Shown piece by piece: positions 46,001-57,106 of a DNA stretch of 64,000 nucleotides. The DNA lies in contig WELA01002296.1 of the NCBI GenBank assembly GCA_009602735.1, positions 205,972 through 269,971 of the forward strand, in the 5' to 3' direction. The notes under the pieces are model-generated. The model had not been told where the DNA came from. It saw nothing but the letters and a program-made list of their open reading frames with translations, and made no database searches. The translations under genes and the position numbers were made by a program. Numbering within the stretch: position 1 is the first letter of the stretch; each line of letters begins with the position of its first letter. Origin of the DNA: Mesotaenium endlicherianum (lineage: Eukaryota).

Positions 46001-49000
46001 GCTTTCTTTTCTTCTTTTCCTCCTGTGAGACGATTCCCACTATATCCTGATCTGAAAAGTGGAAAAGGGGAAACTCAAAGCCTTGATTCTGAGTTTTGTT
46101 CACACACGACTGGTTGGATGGGGGCGGGGGGCAGTGGATCAACGAAACGCTGGCCGGGGGGAAGGGGGCGCCGTTCTTCTGCGACGAGTTCCGGTGCCCC
46201 GTGTTTGTGGGCGACATCGTGCGCGCCGTCGAGAAGCTGCTGCTGCTCCACGCCTCCAGAGGTTCGTTGTCCCCTCACTTAGCTCTCTTATCTCCAAGTG
46301 CACTGCTTTATCTGATATGTGGACGCGCCGCTGAGAGGTTGCTGCTGCCTGCACGTCTCCAGAGGTGTGTCAGTCGTCGTCGACGAAAGCCTCTTTCTTC
46401 TTCCCGAGTGCCTGACTTTATCTGGCGTGTGGGCGCGCTGTCCACAAGATGCTGCCGCTCCACGTGGCTGCCTAGAGGTCTGTTGTTCCGCCAGTAAGTG
46501 ATTGCTCTTTTCTCACAGAGTGGGCGGCTTTGTTTGACACGTGGCCGTCGATGCGGGGGTGCACGAATGAGACTCTGTGCGTTTGCAGAGGTGCTTGCTC
46601 GCTGTCGATATGAAGCTGCTGCTGCTGCTGCTGCAGCAGCTCCGCCCCTGCGCTCCAGGCCGCTTCTTCTTCTTGAGTGGGTGCTTGGGCTTGTCTGTGT
46701 GTGCGCGCTCACGTCTTCTCCTGCATGCGTGGGGTTGCCCGTGTGCGGTGATGTTTGTACCAGACTGTCTGTGCGTGTGTGTGTGCGTACGCATGTGTGT
46801 GTGTGTGTGTGTGTCTGTGTGTGCATGTGTGCGTGTGTATGTGTGCGGGCGCGGGCATGCGCGCATGGTTCCACAAGTAGCAGCACTATCTCGGCTTGAA
46901 TTGTGCAAGATGCCATTTTGGTTGGTGACAATGTCCCAATGAAAAGAGTTGTTGGGGACAATCCTTCTTAGTTCCGCACTTGTGCTCAATGGGAAAGTTT
47001 GGCCTTCAGAATAATAAAAGCCCTGAATACTAATGCCCTAAATTGGAAATTATTTGTACTATATGCGACCGCCCCTTAAAAAGAACCTCAGGTGTATTCA
47101 CATGGCCAGCAGCAGCAAGCACGAAGCTGCTGCCAGCTGGCGCACAATCAGTCTGCAAGTTAGCACAATCATCCATCTTATGCCATGAAGAAGATTCTGA
47201 AGCCAATCCTCACCCTCCTCCCCTCCTTCTCCTCTCCTCCCCCCCCCCTTCACCCCCNTGTAATGACAAGGCCTTCCATTCTACATAACTTGTGAGCAGT
47301 TTCTTGCTACTCAAAATGTTGAGTAATATTTCATAAGCCTTGTTAGTAATATGCCACTGCACTCTTGAGTACGATTGCAACTAGTTCCTTTCCTCGTGAG
47401 TTATTACGCTTCCACTTGAGCACTCTGCCCCTTTCAATCATTATGAGGGTGGTTTGCTATGCTGAGCAGCTGTTTGACTCCCATTAATCCTATTAAGGCT
47501 CTCCAGAACTTAGAGGTAAATTTTGAGTCTATGTCTGAGATTATATTAGAGGGTAGCCCATGTTTGCATACTACATGGTTGTAGAACTGTCTCGTTGTTT
47601 CGAGTGCAGTTACTTTGACAGTTGTGGAGATGAAAATGACCATTTTTATCAGTTTATCCACGACTACTAGTATCGAATCATGCCCATTCGCAGTTCGTGG
47701 CAGTGTGACCACCCAGTCCATGGATATTGTTTCTTGGCTTCCAGCTGGGATTGGTAGTGGTTGTAAGATCCCCCCCGGTCCCCCTTCCCTCCTCATGTAC
47801 CCTCCTGTTGTCTCCTCCTGTTTTCCCCCCCCTCCTATTGTCCCTCTCTGGCAGCTGCGGGCAAGCCCCCGATGCGGCACGTCTTCAACCTTGGTGGACC
47901 TGACCGTCTTTCTCGGGCAGAGATGGCGGGCGTGGTGGCGGACGTGAGGGGCCATGACAGGGCGCTCGTCCAGCTGGCATCTGCTGCCTCGGTGAGTGGG
48001 CCCTCGAATTTCTTTGTTTGAGAGAAAGGCTCTATTGGAGGACCCCGTCCCTTCTGACCTTTACTGTCGGCCTTCTCTTCCGGCCTTTGAGTTTTCCTCT
48101 GACCATTGCGTTTACTTCGGACCTTTGCGTTTACTTCCCTACATTGGTTCACCCTAATACCCCAACTTTTAAGCCAGCCCGACACGTGCTATGCCAGTGT
48201 AGTCTCTTATGTATGTAAGTCGAAGTGTTTGTTCTGTATGGGAGGGCGTAGAGCAAGCAGCTGTCTCTCACACCCACCACCCCCCCTACCCTCTCCCCAC
48301 ACAAGCACACGCACAAACACACACACAAAAACACGTCATTGCAGCGCCGCCACCACCACCCACACAAACCACACAACCCCACAACCCCACTGCCCCCAAC
48401 GTTTCCAGCGTAGTAGCTTTCCGCCTCTCTCTGGTGTACACTCGCCTTCTGGTCCTCTTCTCTGCGGATTCCAATCTCCCGTCTCTGCTCTCTTTGTCAA
48501 ACGTCGTGTGGCTTTTGAGCACCAAACGTGCAATCATTCGTTCGTCTGATCTTTAAAATCCTGCAGCCGGCTTCCTGCTCCTTGCTTCAACATAGTCTCC
48601 TCGACTTGCCTGTCTGCCGCGGGCTCCAGCACATCGTCAGGGCAGGTACAAGCACATCAAATTAAGAGTATTATAGACTGAGTTGGGTAGGTACTTTGTG
48701 TGGTAGCATCTGAGTGGGTTGGGTACCTACTCACTCAATGTACTAGGAACTTAGTGGTGTAGGTTCTTAGTAGGGTTAGGTACTTCGTGGGGCAGGTGCG
48801 TAGTGGGGTGTGTTTAGTGTTTTCTAATTACCTTGGGACATGCTCCTGCTTCTCCATTCCCTTGTTGCATTTCTCTCTCCTTTTTGGAGGGCGTGCAGGC
48901 GAGCAGGGGCGTCGTGAGCCCGCAAGACATCTCGATGGACTGCAGCCACCTTGTGACGACACTTGGCATGTCGCTCACTCCCTTCCGGGAAGCTGTCGAG

Positions 49001-49021
49001 AAGACTTTTGGCGTCTCGTGA
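43096..49021 (+). CDS. RmlD-like / MAT2B-like NAD(P)-binding extended SDR (At4g00560-like). Exons: 43096-43296, 44089-44251, 44904-45100, 46135-46261, 47855-47991, 48899-49021
   Basis: [13 protein letters not shown] (TGxxGxxG), [41 protein letters not shown] (YxxxK), [37 protein letters not shown]. Phases are consistent. Confidence 0.92.
47290..47772 (-). mobile_element. Ty3/gypsy LTR-retrotransposon integrase core fragment (degenerate), in SDR intron 4
   Basis: GILQPLPIP...[35 protein letters not shown]...[23 protein letters not shown]...ANHPHND matches the gypsy rve consensus (LQPLP, ISMDF, VVVDRLTK, HGLP..IISDRD..FTS.FW, HPQTDG). Stops follow. No LTRs are visible. Confidence 0.9.
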
Positions 49022-49444
49022 CGTTGGTGTCATCGTGGCCCGCCTGTAGCCAGCTTCTAGAGCAGGCTTGCTCGATCTCAGCTAAGGAAGGGAGGAAAGG
49101 AGTGGTGGATCAAAGGCGTAGTGTTGGACAAGCATACATATCGCATACACTAGTTGTGCAGCCAGCTCTAGAGTCGAAGTCACACATATTAAGTGACAAG
49201 TAACAAACAAAGCTGTTTGAAACTCTTATGCACAATTTGCACTACATACGTGCCTAAAGCGTCTGGCAAGACACGCTAGACACTGTCACAAACAACAGTA
49301 AGTATGCTAGCTGGCTAGCTCTGCACTATGTTCTTATCTCAACAAAAGTATCTCATAAGACATGGCAAGGCTTGTTCGAGGCCATAATATTGCCCTATAC
49401 ATTACAATAAGGTCTGCACACAATTATATCCTGTGTAATATAAG

Positions 49445-51022
49445 TCATGAAGCCCCCAAACTGTACTGCTTTGCAAGGCATTGTTTGGCTCCAGCAGCAG
49501 TAGCAATTAGAATCTGAGGGACCATATTAACGTCTGGCTCTTGCTTGCAGCTAACACACCAAATGTAGCCAAGCCTTAGGGACATGCCCCACACAGTATC
49601 CTCTTCTATGTGGGGTGGCAAGAAAGTGCTTCTTCCCAGCACTACAATGCTCTCCGGTGTTGCTAACTGCACTAGATGCTGCCGCAGCAACTTCTACAAT
49701 TTTTTGCTTGGATACGCAGTTGCAACCAGGCACAGAGGCGGGCACAAGCAGAGAGCGGCAAGACATGTACGCCTTGCATTTTTGTGAAATCCCCGGAATG
49801 CTAAGAGTATCTCTCGCCCACTTTTCACGGGCAATCTGCTGACTATCGAAGTTCGTAAGAGCCTCCATGGTAATGCTTGGCACATCGCTGTTCTCAAAAG
49901 TAGTGGCAACATGGATGTGTCAAACAAGAGGTACAAAATGTAGCCAGAGGAAAACAGGCACAGGTATGATCCGCAACTGCAACCTGTAAAAAGCAGAAGG
50001 ATACCTTCAAAGCCATCATAAACCTCGAGTGAAAGAGATATGCATGGTCACTTTTCGATGTGCTCGACTAATATGTAGATGCCAAATTAGCAAAAGCAAC
50101 ACATGAAAATGCCACCCTAATTAGTCAAAGTCCCCCAGATTCAAACCATTTGTTATCACCCACATCAGCAAACAATGGCGAGAATTGCCTGAACAGCGAG
50201 CATGCATATTTAAAGAGCTAATCGAACTCCTCGGCAAGTGTAAAGTTTCCTCAAGAGGTGGAGCACCAGGGCCGACTCATGAGAAACTTACACTGGATGT
50301 ACAGTTCTTGGATCGCCGTTATCTTTCAAGAAAAATAAGTACCCAAAGCACCATTCTTAGTGACGCGAGGGATTTTCGAATAATCAACTTACTTCTCTGC
50401 CCTCTTTAGTGGCCTGTGGGAACATGGGAAGCGTGTGTGTGACGATTCTGTGAAAGGTGACGATGTTCGTGACAAAGACTTAAATTTGCCGACTGTTGAT
50501 TACGAGTGCGATGAGAGACTCTTTGAGATGGTACAGGCTATTCTCCAATACAGAAACATGAAGGCACTCTCCAAATTTTAACTAGCCTTAGTGGTGTTCA
50601 GAGTTCACCATTGTACTGGCAGCTGAAATGCATCATGGTATTTGAGAAATCTTGCATACCTTGACTGGTTCTGCCTGCTTTCTACATCTACTGATAGATG
50701 GGCGATCTTCAACTTATTGAGGTATCCCCCATGTTGTCCTCCTTACCTTGTAGTGCTTGCCGCCCTGCAACGTTGGGAGCTCTTCAAGCTTCAGAAGCAG
50801 CTCGACTTTCTGGGGGTAAATCCTGAGGGCATTGAAGGGTTGAATGTTCAGCTCTCATCGACTGTGGGAGCTCACTTACCAGCAGGTTTGGGTGATCCAT
50901 CGCTGCTGATTGAAGTAAATTTGTTCATTGGGGACAACGTCTATGCTGCCAATGTGAGTCTAATCTTGCTTTCCCAACGCAAACTTCACCCTCTCATCTG
51001 CTGTTCTCTCCGCCCCGCTCAT
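49445..51022 (-). pseudogene. BTB + Cys-rich paralogue C, with internal inversion (50348-50963), nonsense codon and frameshifts
   Basis: Minus 51022-50964: MSGAERTADERVK, frameshift, then CVGKAR. Plus 50348-50963: APFLVTRGIFE*STYFSALFSGLW...YRNMK/CLAALQRWEL-like exon...NVSL. Minus from 50347: FGYLFFLKDNGDPRTVHP. Minus 49883-49445: SLLVPASVPGCNCV, frameshift, then EEDTVWGMSLRLGYIWCVSCKQEP...KQYSLGAS*. Confidence 0.9.
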
Positions 51023-52247
51023 GTTGACCGGCCAATTCTTTCACGCACGGACATACAAGAAAGCCAATGCAAGCGATTTACTCCCCACACGATGATACAC
51101 CCAACAGAAGACAAGACTTGAAATGGCTGTAGAAATAAGTATTTCGGACATTGACACGCAAAAAAATCCTATGAACTTACTTCATTTGTAGTGAAGAAGC
51201 AAAAATCTCGAGGATGGATAGGATTCACAGGATGTTGAGCAACGGGAAACCGAGTAATTCAGAGTTTAGGCACTGTCTGAATGTGACTTGGGTGTCGATC
51301 CTATTCGTGCGATCTGCATGCTTCTCCTCGCGGGCAGTTCCCCCGGTTCCCACGTCAACAATAAATTCCCATGGAAATTGCTCGAAACTGCTTGAAACTG
51401 CTTGAAGCAACACGATCGAAAGGTCGGAGGTCTCTTCTACTTTTAAATATATCCCTCCAGCCTCCGAGCTTGGATGAATCAACCCAATCGACAACCAAAA
51501 GCTCGAGTGGTATAATGCAAAATGCAAGCTACGAAGTGATACGAGAAGCCAAACGAAACCCCGTGCTGAATGATTTTTGCTACAACTTCCCCCCACCTTT
51601 TCGGTGCTCTCGATCACTCGATGCGCCTTGCATGAAGGATGCTGCTTTGAGCCGTGCACTTTGAGCACAGCACCCAACAGCACTCAACCGCACTGGCTTT
51701 TAATTGCCTAACTTTTGCCTCGCTTCACCTGGGATGTTGGAACTGAGCGTGCTGAGCTTTTGCAGGCTTTCTCGTTTTTCGACGAACTGCTTTTCCCTCT
51801 AGCCAATTGACGAGCTCAGAACCAGCTCAAAAGCACTGTGGCTCCTGCACTGCTGGAATGGATGTGGGGTATAAAAAGGCCGCTTCCGGCAGGCTTCGGG
51901 CTGCTTTGGGCAGATACGCGGGCAGGAATGTGGGGGACAATGATCTGGGGCAAGAGTGAGTACGGGAAAAAAAGAGGTGTACTCGGGGATTCTAGTCTTA
52001 TTCCGAAGCATATTACGGAGACCACAGGTGGCAAACAAAAACGTTTAACCTGATCAGATGTTTTTTTCCGTATTGTTTTTCAAAATCTGGTTTATCTTCA
52101 CAAATACTGAAGTATTAAACGGTATATCCACTTCGATTCTGGTACGGGCCCACACTTTTATAGTTGCGTTTTTGCGACCCAGTCTTCATATTTTTTTGTG
52201 CAATTTTCGCCTATAGATGGAAGTTCTCCCCCATGCATGCTGGTCTG

Positions 52248-52345
52248 TCTCAACCAGTCGACTCTCTCGAGTCTCGACTCTCGACTCTCTCGAGCGGCTC
52301 TCGAGTCTCGAGTCTCGACCCGTTTCGAGTCTCAACTGGTCTCGC
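52248..52345. repeat. Palindromic (TCTCGAG/TCTCGAC) micro-array with inverted ends
   Basis: accagtcgactctctcgagtctcgactctcgactctctcgagcggctctcgagtctcgagtctcgac...tcgagtctcaactggt. Confidence 0.8.
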
Positions 52346-53065
52346 CATGGGTCTTCGCTGGGTCCCGCGACTGCGTGCCTGCGGAGGCGGGAGATCACGG
52401 GAGATAGTCGTCCTGCATTGGTACACGTACTTTAAGCTTTACCCTGCCAACACATGAGCAGCTAAACTCAAGCCGGGACCACCCGGGACTGCCCTACGAC
52501 CCAACTCGGTGCCTCCATGGAATCTATCGCGTCCATTATATGGACCCATACGGAGCCGATACGGAGCACCGAAGTCGCTCGCGTTTGTCAACCGCGCGAA
52601 ACCGAGCATCACGCTCGTGCTCAGTTACAACCAATCGTTGGGTCCGAGGTACCTACCACGTGTCGCCTTGAGCAAACAAGTAAACTTGACCCCAGAAATT
52701 GCCAGAGACCGCCAGAGGTGCCCCTTATATTTTGTTGAGAGCTCGGGAGTCTGGTCGTGGGAGAATCTTTATGTAGACTGAGAAGTTGTTGTGTTAACAT
52801 TATGAAGACACATAACTGAAGGGTATAGACAAGCTTTCTTACGCTTTCGAGCTGCTTCCGAGCACTCTGTTCACGTCTGTGACATACAGTGAGGTCCAGG
52901 TTCACTGGGGTTACTCTTCGGATTAGACCCGATTGTTGAAGGCTTTTTGGAGGGAGCCGCATCAGTGCTCGTGTTGACAAGGACAACTGTAGGAAATCGC
53001 TGCAAGCTTCTGGAAGATTGTACTGTGTCTGCCTCAAGTAAGGGTTGCTGTGTGTTTTGGACATA

Positions 53066-56000
53066 ATGCACGCACTGGCAGTGCAGTGTAGGGGCTGCTA
53101 CACGGCCGCCCTTATTCAGCAGTTTAGCTCGCACCATAGTGTGAACAGACTTTCTTCCAGTCGCACTGAAGCAAAAGACAGCCTTGTAAAGGCATGTTTA
53201 GGTTCTCCGTTAGTTTCTCGTACATCTGATTCCTTGAGTAGAACTGTTAGGACACGTAGTGGTGAATCACTTCATGAATACCATGGCGCTCCCAGGCGGA
53301 TCGGACGTGTTAGTAGGCGACTAGTATCAGTCAAGGCCAGCCAGAGTCCTCTCCCTGCTCATGATCTTCCATATATGGAAGGATCAAGCAATGGGGCATC
53401 TTTGGCTACTTTTGAAGCCATGCTAGAAGCGACTCCGCCCTCTCCCAGCAGTAAAAGATACGAGGAAGAAGAGAGAATACAAAATATTGAGGACAAGATT
53501 GAAAGGGTAAGCAGTGAGTGCCATCTCTTATTCCTGAAGTTAGAATTAAGCTTGGAACGCATCATATGGAGGAACTGATCTGAGACCTTGTAGGTCATTC
53601 CACTTGGCTCTTGGCTCAAGACTTACTTCATGCTGGTAGTTATGTGCATGGCAATGGGCCTCTGTCCGCCGTAGCCGCGTTGGTTCTGACATGTAGGGCC
53701 GGTTTAACAAACGTCTTTGCATTAAGCTCGTGTACATAACTTTGTAAGGAGGATTCCGAGAGGCGTTACTAAGTTGGCTCTATTTAGCACCATCATGGAA
53801 TGTGTATCTTTGATGTGCCTGACTACTCTTTTAAACGGTTGGTGCTCTCTTGGTTGTGCTGGGTGCAGATGATATTCGATTGCCGCTTCCTCACATTGAT
53901 GGCAGTCTTTGGCTCCCTTTGCGGGTCAACTTTATGCTTTGTGAAGGTACAGTTGATTGATATATGCTGCTCTGCAAATACCTCTTTTGTCCTATTTCTT
54001 CTCAATAGCAACTGTTGGAGGATTTGCTATGCTGCCATATCCATGACACTTCAAGGGGCATATGAACGTCCAAAGACGTGTTTCCCTTCTTAGTCTGATG
54101 CATAGGCATCTCTCCACTTACATTTTGTAATACTGTTGCGTACGCTCTTCCCCTGGATCAAACAACTACTCAGGCCTTTATCTGGGCCATCACCATAACT
54201 TGTGTGGGAATGTTACAAAGAGTAATGTAGGCTCGTTTTCAACTGTGCCGCTCCTTTTGCATATGATGTTAAGAATCATAGGGAGGTTTGAGACAGCAGG
54301 AGCTTTTTGTCAAACTTGTTATCTGTTATGAGGGTTGTGTTGAAACATGAGGACAATTGCTTGTTTGTAAAGCTCAAGCCATCTTCATAAGCTTCAGGCT
54401 CTTCAAACCCCTTTGCACGCTGGGTCCACTCTGTGCATAAGGATTCAGATCAAGTGGTCGATCAGTTTCTTAAGTCAGCAGATCTCCGGACAGAGGGTAT
54501 GGGGTTTCTCTGTCACTCGTACAGTCAGCTACTGTGCTGCTAGCTGGGAACAAGTGCATGCTGCCCAGGGGTTGTGTGAAGAGGACGTGCACATGCAGGC
54601 AACAGAGGTGTAGCTCCAGTCTCTTTACAGACTGGAGAGAAGCTGAAGCCGAAGCTGAACCTGAAGCTGAAGCTGGCTCTCGAGTCTTTTCACTTGCATC
54701 GATGTGCAGGGGTGCCTATTTGTGGTCCAGTCGTTCACGGAGTTTTCTCATGGCATTATGCAAGGCATCGGCACAGAGAAGGTCATTCTTCTCCTCGTTG
54801 AAGCTGTTGGTGAGTCCGTCATACTCCCATCACCCAGACGACGTTGCTCAAAAAGAACTAGATGAAGAGGCAAGCATGCTTGTGGGCTGGCATGACTTTC
54901 TTAAGACTCCTGAAGGTGACTATGGAGCCTGTTTTCTGAGCCGGGGATGATATAGTGTGTTCTGGGCATGAAAGAGAAAGGTCAAGATTTCGAAGGTGAC
55001 AGCTTCACAGTCTTCTTCTTAATCTGTTGCCGCTTGGGTCATGTATATTGTTCCAACCCGACAGTATGAGTAAAGAAGGGAGTTATCTCTATGAGGATAG
55101 GATGGGTGGGGTGCTTAATCTTTGATATTAAGGGTTGCCTCTTACCAACAACTTCTTCTCGGCAAATGTAGTGTGACTCTCGCAGCAGCAAGATTTATAA
55201 TTCATATTGCAATTGCGTCTGCAATCAAGGCTGCGCTTGGGTCGGTAACGAAGATGTGCAGATGCCTACCTGATGGGAACCGAGATGCCCGTCGTCTTAG
55301 TTGTATTTGCTGCCGGGAAGAGAGACGAGCAAACGTGTACCGGGCCCAAAAAACTGCGATGTTCACTTTCTCTGTGGCTGTTGTTGCGGCGGGGGGGAGA
55401 GAGATGTTCAGACGTGTACCTGGCGAAGAAAGGTGCTCACTTTCTCTGTGTGGTTGTCATTGCTGGGAGGGGGGGGGGGAGATGTGCAGACGTGTACCTG
55501 GTGGGAACGGTGATGCTCATCTTTGGCATGGGCCTCTATGAGCTCTTTGTCAGCGCCCTGGAGGTGCCTGCAGACTGCGCAGTAGCGCCTGGCCAGTCGC
55601 GCGCCATGTGCGGCTCCAACTTCTTCGGCCTCTTCAGACTTACGGTGAGCCAGAGCAGCCGAGCAGCAGCCTCACGTCTCTCTTCCTCTCCCTCTCGCTG
55701 CTGCTCTTCCTGCCTTCTCCTATCCTTTGTCAGCTTCAGAAGCTGGCGGCCGCTTAGTCATGCTGTTTCCATGTTATTGTTCATTGGTGTATGTATGAAC
55801 ACTGTGGTGTATGTCACTGTTGACATGTCTGAAGCTGTTCATCCAAGAGTCACTCGCGCGTGCAGTTGCTCGGAGCTTTAGGCGGCAGCAGGGTAGGTCT
55901 GTGTCGCTAAGTTGAAACTGGTGTCGGTTATGTGGTTTGAGAAGGCGGACCCAGCCCGTTCTCATTTGCCATGAGAAATAGGGGATAGGTGCGAGTGAAA

Positions 56001-56502
56001 ATTAATGGGCTGTCTCTCGTGGAGTAGTTTTTGATCACCTCGCCTTTGGTTGTCTGCTTGACGATATCGACTGCAGCTGCAAAGCTGTGCACTGCAGCAA
56101 CACCTGAAGAGGCGGGCGACTGTTTGTTGTTCTTGTCTTTCCGTCAAGCGTGGACCAGAATGGGCATCTGTGTCCTCGTCTCAGTTGCATCGTGGCTACT
56201 CTGGAAAAAGTCACTAACCCGAAGAAAGTTCGCAATGGTTGCAGGAGAGGCCCCAATGGCTCGAGATCCACTCGCTGGACGAGCTCAAGACGAAGCTCGG
56301 CCACGTGATCGTCATGATCCTGCTCGTCGGCATGTTTGAGAAGAGCAAGAAGGTGCCCGTCAAGAACGGCGTCGACCTCCTCTGCTTCTCCGCCTCCATC
56401 TTCCTTGCGTCCGCGTGCCTCTTCCTGCTGTCCAAACTGCACTCCAAAAATGAAACGGGATCCTCTCAAGGTGCTCAAGGAGCAGCAGCAAGTGCCCACT
56501 GA
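53066..56502 (+). CDS. UPF0114 (YqhA-like) membrane protein with predicted organellar transit peptide. Exons: 53066-53506, 53869-53946, 54710-54809, 55490-55644, 56245-56502
   Basis: IEDKIER/MIFDCRFLTLMAVFGSLCGSTLCFVK/GC...VILLLVEAV/DVYLVGTVMLIFGMGLYELFVS...GSNFFGLFRLT/ERPQWLEIHSLDELKTKLGHVIVMILLVGMFEKSK matches plant UPF0114 motifs. The N-terminus is S/R-rich. Confidence 0.92.
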
Positions 56503-57106
56503 CTGGTGGTCACTGACTGATCCTAGGAGGAGGCAAGGCTGCTCGACGTCGACGCTGAGCTGAAAATCCCGCATTGGGAGTAGTAGGGGGGTTTGCATCA
56601 CTGTACAGGAACAACGGGGGCTGTTTCAAGGGAGTTAGTACTTGCCCTGGAGTGTCAGTGCAGCTGTTCAAAAAGCTAGCCCTCTGGACCTTCACCCTTA
56701 TTTGACAGTAGTATGTCAGAGGGCTTGGTTTTGATTAGTAGTTGTACTATACATCGGCAATTTTTCCCTCTCGATGAAAGATAGATGTATCATGTTAGAT
56801 ACTACATTCTTGACAGGTAGGGTCACTTGTCGTAGAGAAAACTATCCAGCTACATTCAGTCACAACATTGTGATATGGCTTCATCCATGGTACACGGGGG
56901 TTTGTAATTCTTTACATTTCCTCCTGAATCTTGCAACATGCAAGGTGGTGGTTGTCTCGTGGAGCACAGTAGTCGCAAAAAGATAACAAATAAGTTATTG
57001 CTCTCTGAATAGTGACAGAATATGTAATCGGGTCATGCGTCTTATGATGTGGGAAGTTTCCTCAAACTAACATCACATAGAATATATGTACAGCTATATA
57101 TATAAG

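Noticed and set aside
51225..51683. 152-aa minus-strand ORF as a possible transposase relic
   Set aside because: No catalytic motif, terminal inverted repeats or target-site duplication recognised.
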